A DNA stretch of 50,394 bases, taken from the NCBI GenBank assembly GCA_024688095.1, contig JAILEJ010000175.1, forward strand, positions 1 to 50,394. Reading direction: 5' to 3'. This document shows, piece by piece, positions 28,198-38,452 of this stretch. Within the stretch, counting starts at the first letter, position 1; each line of letters starts with the position of its first letter. The position numbers were made by a program, and so were the translations under genes. Source of the DNA: Butyrivibrio sp. GTDB taxonomy: Bacteria > Bacillota > Clostridia > Lachnospirales > Lachnospiraceae. A model generated the notes under the pieces. It made no database searches, had not been told where the DNA came from, and was given only the letters and a program-made list of their open reading frames with translations.

Positions 28198-28716
28198 ATG
28201 CTAAATAAAGGAGATTATGTCGTATATGGTAATCATGGTCTGTGTGTTGTTACGGACATGACTGTACCAGCTTTTCTTGAGAGGGGAAAAGAGAAATTAT
28301 ATTATGTAATGTCACCTGTTACAGATAAGCGTGGTGTTTTGTATGTGCCTGTAGATGGTGCTGAAGAGAAGATGCGTGATGTAATAGACAGTGTAGATGC
28401 AAAAGACCTCATGGATGAAATTGAAGAGATTGAAGAAATGGAAATCCCTACAGGAAAGAAATCAGAAGCGGCTATTTCTGATGTTGTTAAGAGAAATCTT
28501 CCTGAAGAAATGATGAGCCTTGTAAAATCGCTCCATAAGATTAAAGCGACAAGAGCTGCAGAGGGCAAAAAGTTTGCCGCTATGGATGAGAAATATCTCA
28601 GAATTGCAGAAAAGCTTTTATATACAGAAATTGCTTTTTCACTGGAATCAGAATACGAAGCAGTAGTTGAAAGGGTTATGGAGGTTCTTGAGAGCCTGCC
28701 ATTACAAACTGCATAA
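28198..28716 (+). CDS. CarD-family transcription factor
   Basis: KGDYVVYGNHGLCVV N-terminal RNAP-interaction domain, LYVPV, and a helical C-terminal domain ending AEKLLYTEIAFSL. Confidence 0.85.
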   Translation: MLNKGDYVVYGNHGLCVVTDMTVPAFLERGKEKLYYVMSPVTDKRGVLYVPVDGAEEKMRDVIDSVDAKDLMDEIEEIEEMEIPTGKKSEAAISDVVKRNLPEEMMSLVKSLHKIKATRAAEGKKFAAMDEKYLRIAEKLLYTEIAFSLESEYEAVVERVMEVLESLPLQTA

Positions 28717-28727
28717 CATAAATTATT

Positions 28728-28759
28728 AAAGGTGTCAGAATATAAATCTGGCACCTTTT
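28728..28759 (+). terminator. intrinsic terminator after the carD-like gene
   Basis: AAAGGTGTCAGA...TCTGGCACCTTTT. Confidence 0.7.
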
Positions 28760-28914
28760 GCTTGCTCATTAATAGTAACTTTAATATTTTTATTATTTAT
28801 GCTACTATATTTTAGTTGGATTTTGATAATATGGAGTTTTATTGTAACTTAGGTACTTTTCCACAATTTGAAATTTGATATTATCGGATATTTATTAAAT
28901 GAGTTGGAGTTTAT

Positions 28915-30090
28915 ATGGCAACAGAGAGATTGTTTGATAAAGATGCATATGCTACAGAGTTTGATGGTACAGTAATATCCTGTACAAAACTTGAAGATGG
29001 GAAATATGACGTTGTTTTGGATAAAACAGTTTTTTTTCCTGAAGAAGGTGGACAGACTCCTGATAATGGAACTTTGGATGATATAGAAGTTCTAGATGTT
29101 CAGATAAAGGATGATGTGATTTATCATACAGTAACAAAAGAGTTTGAATGTGGCACAAGTGTACATGGAAAGATAGACTGGACACATCGTTTTAATAATA
29201 TGCAGCAGCATTCAGGTGAGCACATTTTTTCTGGTCTTGTAAATTCAAAATTCGGACTTGATAATGTCGGCTTTCATTTAAGCGATGATATTGTGACCAT
29301 GGATTATAATGGTCCATTGTCCATGATTGATATTAAGACAGTTGAAAAGCTTGTTAATAAAGCAATATATGAAAATATAGATATTCAGATTTCATATCCG
29401 GATGATAAAGAATTATCAGAAATTGATTACAGAAGTAAAAAAGAGATTCTTGGGCAGGTAAGGATTGTAACTATACCAGGTTATGATGTATGTGCCTGCT
29501 GTGCACCACATGTAAAAAAGACTGGTGAAATAGGTGTTTTAAAGGTTGTTAATCTGTCTAATTATAAAGGTGGTGTTAGAGTAAGTATTTTATGCGGTTT
29601 CAGAGCACTTGATCTATGGGATTTTGAACATGATGAATTAAATGCAATAGCTGTAAATATGTCAACTGGTACAGATAAAGTAAGAGATAATATAGATAAA
29701 ATGAATTCTGAAATAGCTTCTCTTAAAGAGAAACTTTCAAAGGCTAATCAGGAACTTATAGAATTTAAGGTTAATGAGATTTCTTCTGAAAAAGAGGATG
29801 TAATTGTATTTATGGAAGAAAGTGATATGAATGTCATCAGAAGAACTGTAAATGCTCTTATGGACAAGCATGAAGGAATATGTGGTATCTTTGGTGGAGA
29901 TGATAATAGCGGCTATAAATATATTATTGGAAGTAATACCAAAGATGCAAAAGCTCTTCTGACTAAAATTCAGAATGAGATTAATATAAAGGGCGGCGGC
30001 TCTGAACGTATGGTACAGGGGGCGGTTTCTGGAATTTCAAAAGCAGAATTAGCGAATATATTAAATAAAAACGGGATAGAAATGGACTGA
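28915..30090 (+). CDS. AlaX-type tRNA editing protein with C-terminal DHHA1 domain
   Basis: FFPEEGGQ, MQQHSGEH (HxxxH), CACCAPHV (CxxxH) and KGGG. Confidence 0.88.
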   Translation: MATERLFDKDAYATEFDGTVISCTKLEDGKYDVVLDKTVFFPEEGGQTPDNGTLDDIEVLDVQIKDDVIYHTVTKEFECGTSVHGKIDWTHRFNNMQQHSGEHIFSGLVNSKFGLDNVGFHLSDDIVTMDYNGPLSMIDIKTVEKLVNKAIYENIDIQISYPDDKELSEIDYRSKKEILGQVRIVTIPGYDVCACCAPHVKKTGEIGVLKVVNLSNYKGGVRVSILCGFRALDLWDFEHDELNAIAVNMSTGTDKVRDNIDKMNSEIASLKEKLSKANQELIEFKVNEISSEKEDVIVFMEESDMNVIRRTVNALMDKHEGICGIFGGDDNSGYKYIIGSNTKDAKALLTKIQNEINIKGGGSERMVQGAVSGISKAELANILNKNGIEMD

Positions 30091-30116
30091 TCATACAAAA
30101 ATGATCAGAGTATGAA

Positions 30117-30824
30117 ATGGGAAATTTTAACGATTTTAAAAAGGGAATCAAGGATGCTATTCCTATATGTCTGGGATATATAGCAGTTTCTTTTGCATTT
30201 GGTATTCAGGCAACTGAGGCTGGTTTGTCTGTTTTTCAGGCGGTTTTAATGTCACTTACAAATCTTACAAGTGCAGGACAGTTTTCATCTCTTGAGCTTA
30301 TAGTAACACAGGCAGGTTTTGCGGAGATGGCACTTTTACAGTTTGTAATAAATTTAAGATATATGCTGATGTCTACAGCACTTTCTCAAAAGATTGCATC
30401 AAAGCTTCCAACGTTTCCAAGACTTGGAATTGCTTATGGTGTTACGGATGAGATATTTGGTGTAAGTGCTTTATATAAGGGGGAATTAAAACCTCTTTAT
30501 TCATATGGACTTATATCAATATCTGCCTTTGGATGGGGAATGGGAACATTTCTGGGTGCCGTGGCAGGTCATATAATGCCGCAGAGACTTATAAGCTGTC
30601 TAGGACTTGCTATATATGGAATGTTTCTTGCAATAATTTTACCGGAAGCAAAGGTGAAAAAACCGGTAATGGCAGTAGTAATATCTGCAATGGTAATGAG
30701 TACTATATTTAACTATGCACCAGTCCTTAGCAGTATTTCTTCAGGATTTAGAATCATAATAGTAACTGTTATTGTGGCTGCAGCTGCTTCATTTATTGCA
30801 CCAATCAAAGAGACAAATAATTAA
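30117..30824 (+). CDS. azlC: AzlC-family branched-chain amino-acid exporter subunit
   Basis: IPICLGY, SAGQF, INLRYMLMS and TDEIF. Confidence 0.9.
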   Translation: MGNFNDFKKGIKDAIPICLGYIAVSFAFGIQATEAGLSVFQAVLMSLTNLTSAGQFSSLELIVTQAGFAEMALLQFVINLRYMLMSTALSQKIASKLPTFPRLGIAYGVTDEIFGVSALYKGELKPLYSYGLISISAFGWGMGTFLGAVAGHIMPQRLISCLGLAIYGMFLAIILPEAKVKKPVMAVVISAMVMSTIFNYAPVLSSISSGFRIIIVTVIVAAAASFIAPIKETNN

Positions 30825-30844
30825 AATCGGGAGTACACGTTTTT

Positions 30845-31147
30845 ATGCACAGTGTATATTCATATATTCTGGTAATGGCAGTAGTTACATATCTTATAAG
30901 GGCTATACCACTTACACTTATCAGAACAGAGATAAAAAATAATTATATAAAATCATTCTTGTATTATGTGCCGTATGCAACACTTGCAGCAATGACTTTT
31001 CCAGCTATTTTGCATGCGTCAGATAATATGATTGCATCAACATGTGGATTTATTACAGCAATAATTCTTGCAATAAAAAATAAGAGCCTTCTTACAGTTG
31101 CGGTATGTTCATGTGTAGTTGTATTTATAGTTGAACTGTTTGTATGA
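30845..31147 (+). CDS. azlD: AzlD-family exporter small subunit
   Basis: MAVVTYLIRAIP...YVPYATLAA; directly follows azlC. Confidence 0.88.
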   Translation: MHSVYSYILVMAVVTYLIRAIPLTLIRTEIKNNYIKSFLYYVPYATLAAMTFPAILHASDNMIASTCGFITAIILAIKNKSLLTVAVCSCVVVFIVELFV

Positions 31148-31203
31148 TTTCTTGTGTGTGAAAATATGCTGAGAAATCTTGTAAATTGATAAAGGAGAAA
31201 TAT

Positions 31204-31755
31204 ATGCATATAGGAATGGGATATGACGTACATAAGCTTGTTGAAGGAAGAAAGCTTATAATTGGAGGGGTTGATATACCTTATGAAAAAGGTCTTCTTG
31301 GACACTCAGATGCTGATGTACTGTTACATGCAATTATGGATGCTCTTCTTGGAGCAGCCGCACTTGGTGATATAGGAAAACATTTCCCTGATACTTCAGA
31401 GGAGTTTAAGGATGCTGATTCAATGGTACTTCTTAAAAAGGTTGGAGAAATGCTTGTAGAAAACAAGTATTTGATAGAAAATATAGATGCAACTATAATA
31501 GCTCAGGCTCCCAAGATGAGACCCTATATAGATCAGATGAGACAGAATATAGCAGATGCGCTTGAGATTGATATTCAGCAGGTAAATGTTAAGGCTACAA
31601 CTGAAGAAGGAATGGGATTTACAGGAGAAGGCAGAGGAATTTCCTCTCAGGCTATATGCCTTCTTACAAGCCCTGTTGAACTTTATACAAAGAACGTAAC
31701 TTTTCAGGCTGGAGAACCACAGGGAGGCTGTGGATGCATGGGAGAAAATAAATAA
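31204..31755 (+). CDS. ispF: 2-C-methyl-D-erythritol 2,4-cyclodiphosphate synthase
   Basis: [24 protein letters not shown] and [12 protein letters not shown] 31204 follows AAAGGAG. Confidence 0.96.
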   Translation: MHIGMGYDVHKLVEGRKLIIGGVDIPYEKGLLGHSDADVLLHAIMDALLGAAALGDIGKHFPDTSEEFKDADSMVLLKKVGEMLVENKYLIENIDATIIAQAPKMRPYIDQMRQNIADALEIDIQQVNVKATTEEGMGFTGEGRGISSQAICLLTSPVELYTKNVTFQAGEPQGGCGCMGENK

Positions 31756-31788
31756 TATATACAATATAGGATAAGGAAAGAGGTCAAA

Positions 31789-33198
31789 ATGCAGATTTAT
31801 AATACGATGTCTAAGAAAAAAGAGGAATTTGTACCAATAGAGCCGGGAAAGGTCAGAATGTATGTATGCGGACCAACTGTATATAATCTCATTCATATTG
31901 GTAATGCAAGACCTATGATTTTCTTTGATACTGTAAGAAGATATATGACATATAAAGGGCTTGAAGTTAATTATGTATCTAACTTTACTGATGTCGATGA
32001 TAAAATTATAAAAAAGGCCAATGAAGAGGGGGTATCCTCTGAGGAAATTTCCAAAAGATATATTGAAGAGTGTAAGAAAGATATGGCTTCAATGAATATA
32101 CTTCCTGCCACAACTCATCCACTTGCTACTCAGGAAATTGATGGAATGCTTGATATGATTGATACTCTTATTAAGAAAGATTATGCTTATCCTGCAGTTG
32201 ATGGAACTGTATATTATAGAACAAGAAAATTCATGGATTACGGTAAGCTTTCTCACAAAAATCTGGATGATCTCAGAAGTGGTGAGAGACAGCTTAAGGT
32301 ATCAGGTCAGGATCAGAAGGATGATCCACTTGACTTTGTGCTTTGGAAACCTAAAAAGGAAGGTGAACCATTTTGGAAATCTCCATGGTGTGATGGAAGA
32401 CCTGGCTGGCACATTGAGTGCTCTGTAATGAGTAAAAAATATCTTGGCGAACAGATAGATATTCATGGTGGCGGAGAGGACCTTGTTTTCCCACATCATG
32501 AAAATGAAATAGCACAGTCTGAAGCATGCAGTGGAAAAGCCTTTGCAAATTACTGGATGCATAACGCTTTTCTTAATATCAATAATCATAAGATGTCAAA
32601 GTCTGCCGGCAATTTCTTTACAGTAAGAGACATTACTGAAAAATATGATGGACAGGTTCTGAGATTCTTTATGCTGACTGCACATTACAGAACACCACTT
32701 AATTTCAGTGATGAGCTTATGGAAAGCTCAAAGACTGGTTATGAAAGAATCGTTACATGCGTTTCTAATCTTACATATCTTCTTGAAGGTGACAGGGCAG
32801 CGCAGATTACAGATGAAGAAAAAGAGCAGATTAAGGAAGCTCTTGTATACAGACGCAACTTTGAAAATGCAATGGATGATGATTTTAATACTGCAGATGC
32901 CATTTCAGCTATTTTTGATCTTGTAAGATATACAAACAGTAAAGTATCTGAAGATTCAAGCAGAGAATTTCTTGAAACTCTCAAGAATGAAATAGTTTCA
33001 CTTGCAGATATTCTTGGTCTTATAGTTGAGAGGAAAGAAGAACTTGGGGATGAGGAAATTGAAAAGCTCATTGAGGAAAGACAGGCTGCACGTAAGAATA
33101 AAGACTTTGCAAGAGCTGATGAGATAAGAAATCAGCTTCTTGATATGGGAATTATTCTTGAAGATACAAGAGAAGGTGTTAAGTGGAAGAAGGCCTGA
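31789..33198 (+). CDS. cysS: cysteinyl-tRNA synthetase
   Basis: YVCGPTVY, HIGN, GRPGWHIECS, FPHHENE and KMSKS. Confidence 0.98.
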   Translation: MQIYNTMSKKKEEFVPIEPGKVRMYVCGPTVYNLIHIGNARPMIFFDTVRRYMTYKGLEVNYVSNFTDVDDKIIKKANEEGVSSEEISKRYIEECKKDMASMNILPATTHPLATQEIDGMLDMIDTLIKKDYAYPAVDGTVYYRTRKFMDYGKLSHKNLDDLRSGERQLKVSGQDQKDDPLDFVLWKPKKEGEPFWKSPWCDGRPGWHIECSVMSKKYLGEQIDIHGGGEDLVFPHHENEIAQSEACSGKAFANYWMHNAFLNINNHKMSKSAGNFFTVRDITEKYDGQVLRFFMLTAHYRTPLNFSDELMESSKTGYERIVTCVSNLTYLLEGDRAAQITDEEKEQIKEALVYRRNFENAMDDDFNTADAISAIFDLVRYTNSKVSEDSSREFLETLKNEIVSLADILGLIVERKEELGDEEIEKLIEERQAARKNKDFARADEIRNQLLDMGIILEDTREGVKWKKA

Positions 33199-33219
33199 GG
33201 CAGAATTGAGGAATTAGAA

Positions 33220-33648
33220 ATGAACCTTCCAGAAAAAATTAGAAATCTTTTTGATATAAAAGAGCTTGATATCAGAGGATATAGCCCATTATCACTTGCG
33301 TTTATGGGTGATAGTGTATATGAGATAATAATAAGGACATATGTTATTTCTCAGGCAAACAGACCTGCTAATCAGCTTAACAGGATGAAGGTTAAATATG
33401 TCAATGCCGCTGCACAGGCAGCTATTATTGATGTGATTATGGATAGACTTACTCCTGAAGAAGAAGACATATATAAACGTGGTAGAAATGCCAAGTCATA
33501 TACCAGCGCCAAAAATGCAAGTATTAATGATTATAGAAAAGCAACAGGCTTTGAAGCATTATGTGGTTATCTGTACCTTAAGGGACAGATGGACAGACTG
33601 CTGGAACTGGTAAAATATGCTATTGAGGAATGTGATGAGAAACAATAA
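33220..33648 (+). CDS. mrnC: Mini-ribonuclease III
   Basis: LAFMGDSVYE, KRGRNAK and YRKATGFEAL; usual position after cysS. Confidence 0.93.
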   Translation: MNLPEKIRNLFDIKELDIRGYSPLSLAFMGDSVYEIIIRTYVISQANRPANQLNRMKVKYVNAAAQAAIIDVIMDRLTPEEEDIYKRGRNAKSYTSAKNASINDYRKATGFEALCGYLYLKGQMDRLLELVKYAIEECDEKQ

Positions 33649-34501
33649 TTATAAAAATAAATCCGGTAGAGATTATAAAAGAGATCGAAAAGAAAAAGAG
33701 TTGCAGGAAATAAGCAGAGATGATTTTGAAGGTGTATCAGAAGAGAATCTTGATGGTCTTAAAATCGAGGGAAGAAATGCGGTTCATGAAGCTTTTAAGA
33801 GCGGAAAGACCATAGATAAGCTTTTTGTACTTGATGGATGTAATGATGGACCTGTTCTTACAATTAAACGAGAGGCAGGTAAGCAAGGCACTCTTATAAA
33901 GTATGTTTCAAGAGAAAGACTTGATCAGATTTCTGATACGGGAAAGCATCAGGGTGTAATAGCTTTTGCTGCAGCATATCACTATTCAGAGATAGAAGAT
34001 ATATTTGCACTGGCTGAGAAAAGGAATGAAAAACCATTCGTTCTTATTCTTGACAATATAGAAGATCCGCATAATCTTGGTGCTATTATTCGTACTGCAA
34101 ATGTTTGTGGAGCTCATGGAGTGATCATACCAAAGAACAGGGCAGCAACTCTTACAGCTACTGTATATAAGGCATCAGCAGGAGCACTTAATTACACACC
34201 TGTTGTAAAGGTTACAAACATAGCAAATACAATAGAATCTCTAAAGGAAAAGGGTATGTGGTTTGTCTGTGCTGACATGGGTGGAACAGCTATGTATGAT
34301 CTTGATCTTAGGGGAAGCATTGGCCTGGTTATTGGAAATGAAGGATCAGGTGTTGGAAGGCTTGTAAAAGAAAAGTGTGATATGATAGCAGCTATACCAA
34401 TGCAGGGAGAAATTAATTCCTTAAATGCATCTGTTGCTGCCGGAGTACTTTCGTATGAGATTGTCAGACAGAGGATTAATGCATATTCATTTGATATGTA
34501 A
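33635..34501 (+). CDS. rlmB: 23S rRNA (G2251-2'-O)-methyltransferase, TrmH family
   Basis: HQGV, DPHNLGAIIR, IGNEG and SLNASVA. Start probably ATG 33635. Confidence 0.92.
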   Translation: MRNNNYKNKSGRDYKRDRKEKELQEISRDDFEGVSEENLDGLKIEGRNAVHEAFKSGKTIDKLFVLDGCNDGPVLTIKREAGKQGTLIKYVSRERLDQISDTGKHQGVIAFAAAYHYSEIEDIFALAEKRNEKPFVLILDNIEDPHNLGAIIRTANVCGAHGVIIPKNRAATLTATVYKASAGALNYTPVVKVTNIANTIESLKEKGMWFVCADMGGTAMYDLDLRGSIGLVIGNEGSGVGRLVKEKCDMIAAIPMQGEINSLNASVAAGVLSYEIVRQRINAYSFDM

Positions 34502-34513
34502 GGAGTTATAAAC

Positions 34514-35110
34514 ATGAAATCCGATGAAGAACTGATGGCTGATTTATTCGGGGATAGAGAAAATGTTACAGACATTATACTGGAACGATATAAGGATCTT
34601 GTGAGAAAAAAAGCTGCTTCCATGTATATTCCAGGGGCTGACAGAGACGATCTGATACAGGAAGGTATGATAGGTCTTTTTAAAGCTATAAGAGATTTTG
34701 ATGCCAGTAAAGAGGCTAGCTTTAGAACATTTGCTGATTTGTGCATTTCAAGGCAGATGTATACAGCTATTGAAAGCTCTGCCAGAAAAAAGAATATGCC
34801 ACTTAATAATTATGTTTCCATATATTCAGCAGATTCAGATGGTGAGGGCGAAAGTGAAGCTCTTGAAGCAAAATATGAAAACCATAATGCAGAAAATCCC
34901 GAGCAGAGAATAATTGATCAGGAGAATGCAATGGATATTCAAAATGCAATTGATACCTATTTGTCCAGTTTTGAAAGAGATGTTATGAATCTTTATATAA
35001 AAGGAAATGAGTATTCAGAGATTGCAAAACTTCTTGGAAAAGATGAGAAATCCACAGATAATGCACTTCAGAGAGGTAAGAGTAAGCTTCGCAAATACGT
35101 AAAAATATAA
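34514..35110 (+). CDS. sigH: RNA polymerase sigma-H factor
   Basis: DLIQEGMIGLFKAIRDFD, SFRTFADLCISRQ and KSTDNALQR; usual position after rlmB. Confidence 0.9.
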   Translation: MKSDEELMADLFGDRENVTDIILERYKDLVRKKAASMYIPGADRDDLIQEGMIGLFKAIRDFDASKEASFRTFADLCISRQMYTAIESSARKKNMPLNNYVSIYSADSDGEGESEALEAKYENHNAENPEQRIIDQENAMDIQNAIDTYLSSFERDVMNLYIKGNEYSEIAKLLGKDEKSTDNALQRGKSKLRKYVKI

Positions 35111-35135
35111 TTGTAAATATAGTCCTAAAAATATC

Positions 35136-35164
35136 TTGCAACATATAAAAATCTATGTTACAAT
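35136..35164 (+). promoter_or_regulatory. sigma-A promoter of rpmE
   Basis: TTGCAA-17 bp-TACAAT with TGn extension. Confidence 0.7.
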
Positions 35165-35240
35165 TACAAAGCTGTGTTTGAGACAGTAGTTACTATAGTA
35201 AATTTAGAAAGATTCATTGACATATAGTGAGGTGAGAAAG

Positions 35241-35447
35241 ATGAGACAGGAAATTCAGCCAGAATATTATCAGGCAACAGTTACTTGCAACTGCGGTAAT
35301 ACATTTGTTGTAGGTTCAACAAAGAAGGAAATTCACGTAGAAATCTGTTCAAAGTGCCATCCATTCTATACAGGCCAGCAGAAAGCTACAGCTGCTCGTG
35401 GACGTATTGATAAGTTCAACAAGAAATACGGCATGGCTAACAACTAA
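35241..35447 (+). CDS. rpmE: 50S ribosomal protein L31 (zinc-binding type)
   Basis: CNCG...[12 protein letters not shown]...GRIDKF. ATG 35241 follows GAGGTG. Confidence 0.97.
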   Translation: MRQEIQPEYYQATVTCNCGNTFVVGSTKKEIHVEICSKCHPFYTGQQKATAARGRIDKFNKKYGMANN

Positions 35448-35460
35448 TTTATTAAGAACA

Positions 35461-35502
35461 AAAGAGAGGTTGAGGCATATTGCCCCAACCTTTTTCTTTT
35501 TT
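35461..35502 (+). terminator. intrinsic terminator after rpmE
   Basis: AGAGGTTGAGGCA-TAT-TGCCCCAACCTTT plus a T-rich tail. Confidence 0.75.
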
Positions 35503-35515
35503 CGGAGGAATAGTT

Positions 35516-36484
35516 ATGAAGAAGCAGAAAATTAAACATTATTCAGGAATTGGTGGTCAGGCTGTTCTTGAAGGCGTTATGATGCGTAATAAAGATAAAT
35601 ATGCAGTTGCGGTCAGAAAGCCTGATGGTGAAATTGAGGTTGACGTTGAACAGTACAAGGGTGTTATGGCAGGCAGTAAGCTTTTGGGTATTCCATTTAT
35701 TCGAGGAGTATTTGTTTTTGTAGACTCCCTTGTTCTTGGGATGAAATCTCTTAATTATTCATCCAGCTTTTATGAGGATGAGCCAGAGGATAAAGAAGGA
35801 AAAAAGGCTTCGGCAGGTAAGAATGATAAGGAAGAGAGTATTCTTATGGCTATAACTACTATCTTTTCATTTGTACTTGCAATCGCTTTATTTATGCTTC
35901 TGCCATATTTTGTATCATCTTTATTTGAGGAATATATCCGAAATGCCTCTTTAATGGCTATTCTGGAGGGTGTTATAAGGATACTTATATTTATACTATA
36001 TATTCTTGCAATTTCCTGTATGAAGGATATAAGACGTCTTTTCAGGTATCATGGAGCTGAACATAAATGTATAAACTGTATTGAAAGAGGAAGACCACTT
36101 ACCGTAGAGAATGCACAAAGAAGCAGCAGACTACATAAAAGATGCGGAAGCAGCTTTTTATTATTTGTTATGTTTGTAAGTATTATCTTATTCTTTTTTA
36201 TTAGAGTTGATTCACTTGCTCTCAGACTTATCTGCAGAGTGCTTCTAATACCTGTAATTGCTGGAATATCTTATGAGATAATAAGACTCGCAGGCAGAAG
36301 TGAAAATATATTTATAAGAATAATATCTGCGCCTGGAATGTGGATGCAGAGACTTACTACCAAAGAACCTGATGAGGAAATGCTTCAGGTTGCAATTAAA
36401 TCTGTAGAAGCAGTATTTGATTGGCGTGAATATCTTAGAGATTCATTTGGCTATGAAGTAGAGGATTATAATGAACACGTATAA
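35516..36484 (+). CDS. DUF1385 (YqhQ-like) membrane protein
   Basis: GGQAVLEGVMM, YHGAEHK, HKRCG and Q.LTTKEP. ATG 35516 follows GGAGG. Confidence 0.9.
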   Translation: MKKQKIKHYSGIGGQAVLEGVMMRNKDKYAVAVRKPDGEIEVDVEQYKGVMAGSKLLGIPFIRGVFVFVDSLVLGMKSLNYSSSFYEDEPEDKEGKKASAGKNDKEESILMAITTIFSFVLAIALFMLLPYFVSSLFEEYIRNASLMAILEGVIRILIFILYILAISCMKDIRRLFRYHGAEHKCINCIERGRPLTVENAQRSSRLHKRCGSSFLLFVMFVSIILFFFIRVDSLALRLICRVLLIPVIAGISYEIIRLAGRSENIFIRIISAPGMWMQRLTTKEPDEEMLQVAIKSVEAVFDWREYLRDSFGYEVEDYNEHV

Positions 36485-37310
36485 ACAGATATATGATGAG
36501 GGTGTTCAGATGTTAAGGGGAGCCGGTATCAGCGAGTCAAAGCTTGATGGCCGGCTCCTTCTTGAATATGTATGTGGTACGGATATGAATTATCTTCTTG
36601 TACACGGAGAAGAGCTGGTTACACCTGAAAATGAAAAACGATATATGGAATGTATAAATAGACGCTGTGCGAGGGAACCACTTGCTTATATAACAGGATC
36701 GCAGGAATTTATGGGACTTGATTTTAAGGTGTCATCAGATGTACTTATACCTAATCAGGATACAGAAACTCTTGTAGAAGAAGTGTTAAGAGAAATATGC
36801 GATGGTATGGAAATCCTTGATTTATGTACAGGATCTGGATGCATTATACTTAGTATTCTTAACTATACAAATGATACAAGAGCTGATGCTACAGATATAT
36901 CAGAGGCAGCACTTTCAGTTGCTAATGAGAACGCTGTGCTGTTAAAACTAAATGAGCGCATACAATTTTTAAAAACAGATCTTTTTCCAGAGGATGAAAA
37001 GAAATATGATATTATAGTTTCTAATCCGCCATATATAAAAAGTGATGTGATTGATACTCTTGAGCCTGAAGTGAAAGAATATGAACCAAGACTTGCACTT
37101 GATGGAGAAACGGACGGCCTTGTTTTTTATCAGAGAATCCTTAAGAATGCAAACAGGTATTTAAAAAGAGGTGGCTGGTTATTTGTAGAAATTGGCTATG
37201 ATCAGGGAGATGATGTGCAGGCTCTGTTTAATGAAAACGGCTTTAAAGAGGTTGAACTTGTTAAGGACCTGTGTGGCAATGCCAGGGTAGTAAAAGGATG
37301 CCTTTATTAG
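36471..37310 (+). CDS. prmC: release-factor glutamine methyltransferase
   Basis: EPLAYITG, LDLCTGSG, SNPPY and EP.LALDG; adjacent to prfA. Confidence 0.95.
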   Translation: MNTYKQIYDEGVQMLRGAGISESKLDGRLLLEYVCGTDMNYLLVHGEELVTPENEKRYMECINRRCAREPLAYITGSQEFMGLDFKVSSDVLIPNQDTETLVEEVLREICDGMEILDLCTGSGCIILSILNYTNDTRADATDISEAALSVANENAVLLKLNERIQFLKTDLFPEDEKKYDIIVSNPPYIKSDVIDTLEPEVKEYEPRLALDGETDGLVFYQRILKNANRYLKRGGWLFVEIGYDQGDDVQALFNENGFKEVELVKDLCGNARVVKGCLY

Positions 37311-37328
37311 GCAGGAAGGGTCATAGGA

Positions 37329-38402
37329 ATGTTTGATAAATTAGAAGATTTACTAAGAAGATATGAGGATATAACAAGAGAACTTAATGAACCTTCTGTA
37401 ATAGCTGATCAGAATAGATTCAGAGCACTTATGAAGGAGCAAAGTGATCTTACTCCAATAATAGAATGCTTCTTGAAATATAAGAAAAACAAAGAAACTA
37501 TTGATGACAGTCTGCTTCTTTTGGATGAAGAAAATGATGAAGAGATGAGACAGATGCTCAAGGATGAGCTTTCTGAAGCTAAAAAGCAGGTTCAGTCTCT
37601 TGAAGAAGAGCTTAAGATTTTGCTCCTTCCAAAAGATCCTAATGATGACAAGAACGTTATTGTAGAGATAAGAGCAGGAGTTGGTGGAGATGAAGCAGCT
37701 CTTTTTGCGGCAGATATGTATAGAGTATATGTAAGGTATGCAGAGAGGCAGAACTGGAAAGTTGAGACTATGAGCGTCGAGGATATCGGTATAGGCGGAA
37801 TGAAGTCTGTAAGCTTTATGGTTAATGGAGCTGGTGCATATTCAAGGCTCAAGTTTGAAAGCGGTGTACATAGAGTACAAAGAGTTCCTGCTACTGAATC
37901 CGGAGGACGTATTCATACTTCTACAATCACTGTTGCTATTATGCCTGAGGTAGAAGATGTTGAAGTAGATATTGATATGAATGATTGTAAGTTTGACGTA
38001 TTCAGAGCATCCGGAAACGGAGGTCAGTGTGTAAATACTACAGACTCAGCTGTAAGACTTACACATATTCCTACTGGAATAGTTATTTCATGTCAGGATG
38101 AAAAGAGTCAGATAAAAAATAAAGCAAAAGCTCTTAAGGTATTAAGAGCAAAATTGTATGAGCTTGAATGTGAAAAACAGCATGATAGTGAGGCTGCACT
38201 TCGTAAAAGTCAGGTTGGTACAGGTGATCGTTCAGAAAAGATAAGAACCTATAATTATCATCAGGGAAGGGTAACAGATCATAGAATAAATCTTACTTTA
38301 TATAAGATAGATCAGATACTTGATGGAGATCTTGATGAACTTATAGATGCTCTTTCAGCAGCTGCACAGGCAAAGCTTCTTGCAGAGCAGGCAGGAGCAT
38401 AA
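37329..38402 (+). CDS. prfA: peptide chain release factor 1
   Basis: RF1 specificity motif PAT in [11 protein letters not shown], and IRTYNY. Confidence 0.97.
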   Translation: MFDKLEDLLRRYEDITRELNEPSVIADQNRFRALMKEQSDLTPIIECFLKYKKNKETIDDSLLLLDEENDEEMRQMLKDELSEAKKQVQSLEEELKILLLPKDPNDDKNVIVEIRAGVGGDEAALFAADMYRVYVRYAERQNWKVETMSVEDIGIGGMKSVSFMVNGAGAYSRLKFESGVHRVQRVPATESGGRIHTSTITVAIMPEVEDVEVDIDMNDCKFDVFRASGNGGQCVNTTDSAVRLTHIPTGIVISCQDEKSQIKNKAKALKVLRAKLYELECEKQHDSEAALRKSQVGTGDRSEKIRTYNYHQGRVTDHRINLTLYKIDQILDGDLDELIDALSAAAQAKLLAEQAGA

Positions 38403-38438
38403 AAAAACTGTGACTGATTATAAGTGATCAGCCACAGT
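38401..38438. terminator. terminator hairpin between convergent prfA and the downstream gene
   Basis: ACTGTGACTGATTA...TGATCAGCCACAGT; the A run on the left gives a U tail on the minus strand. Confidence 0.65.
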
Positions 38439-38452
38439 AATATAAATTGTAT

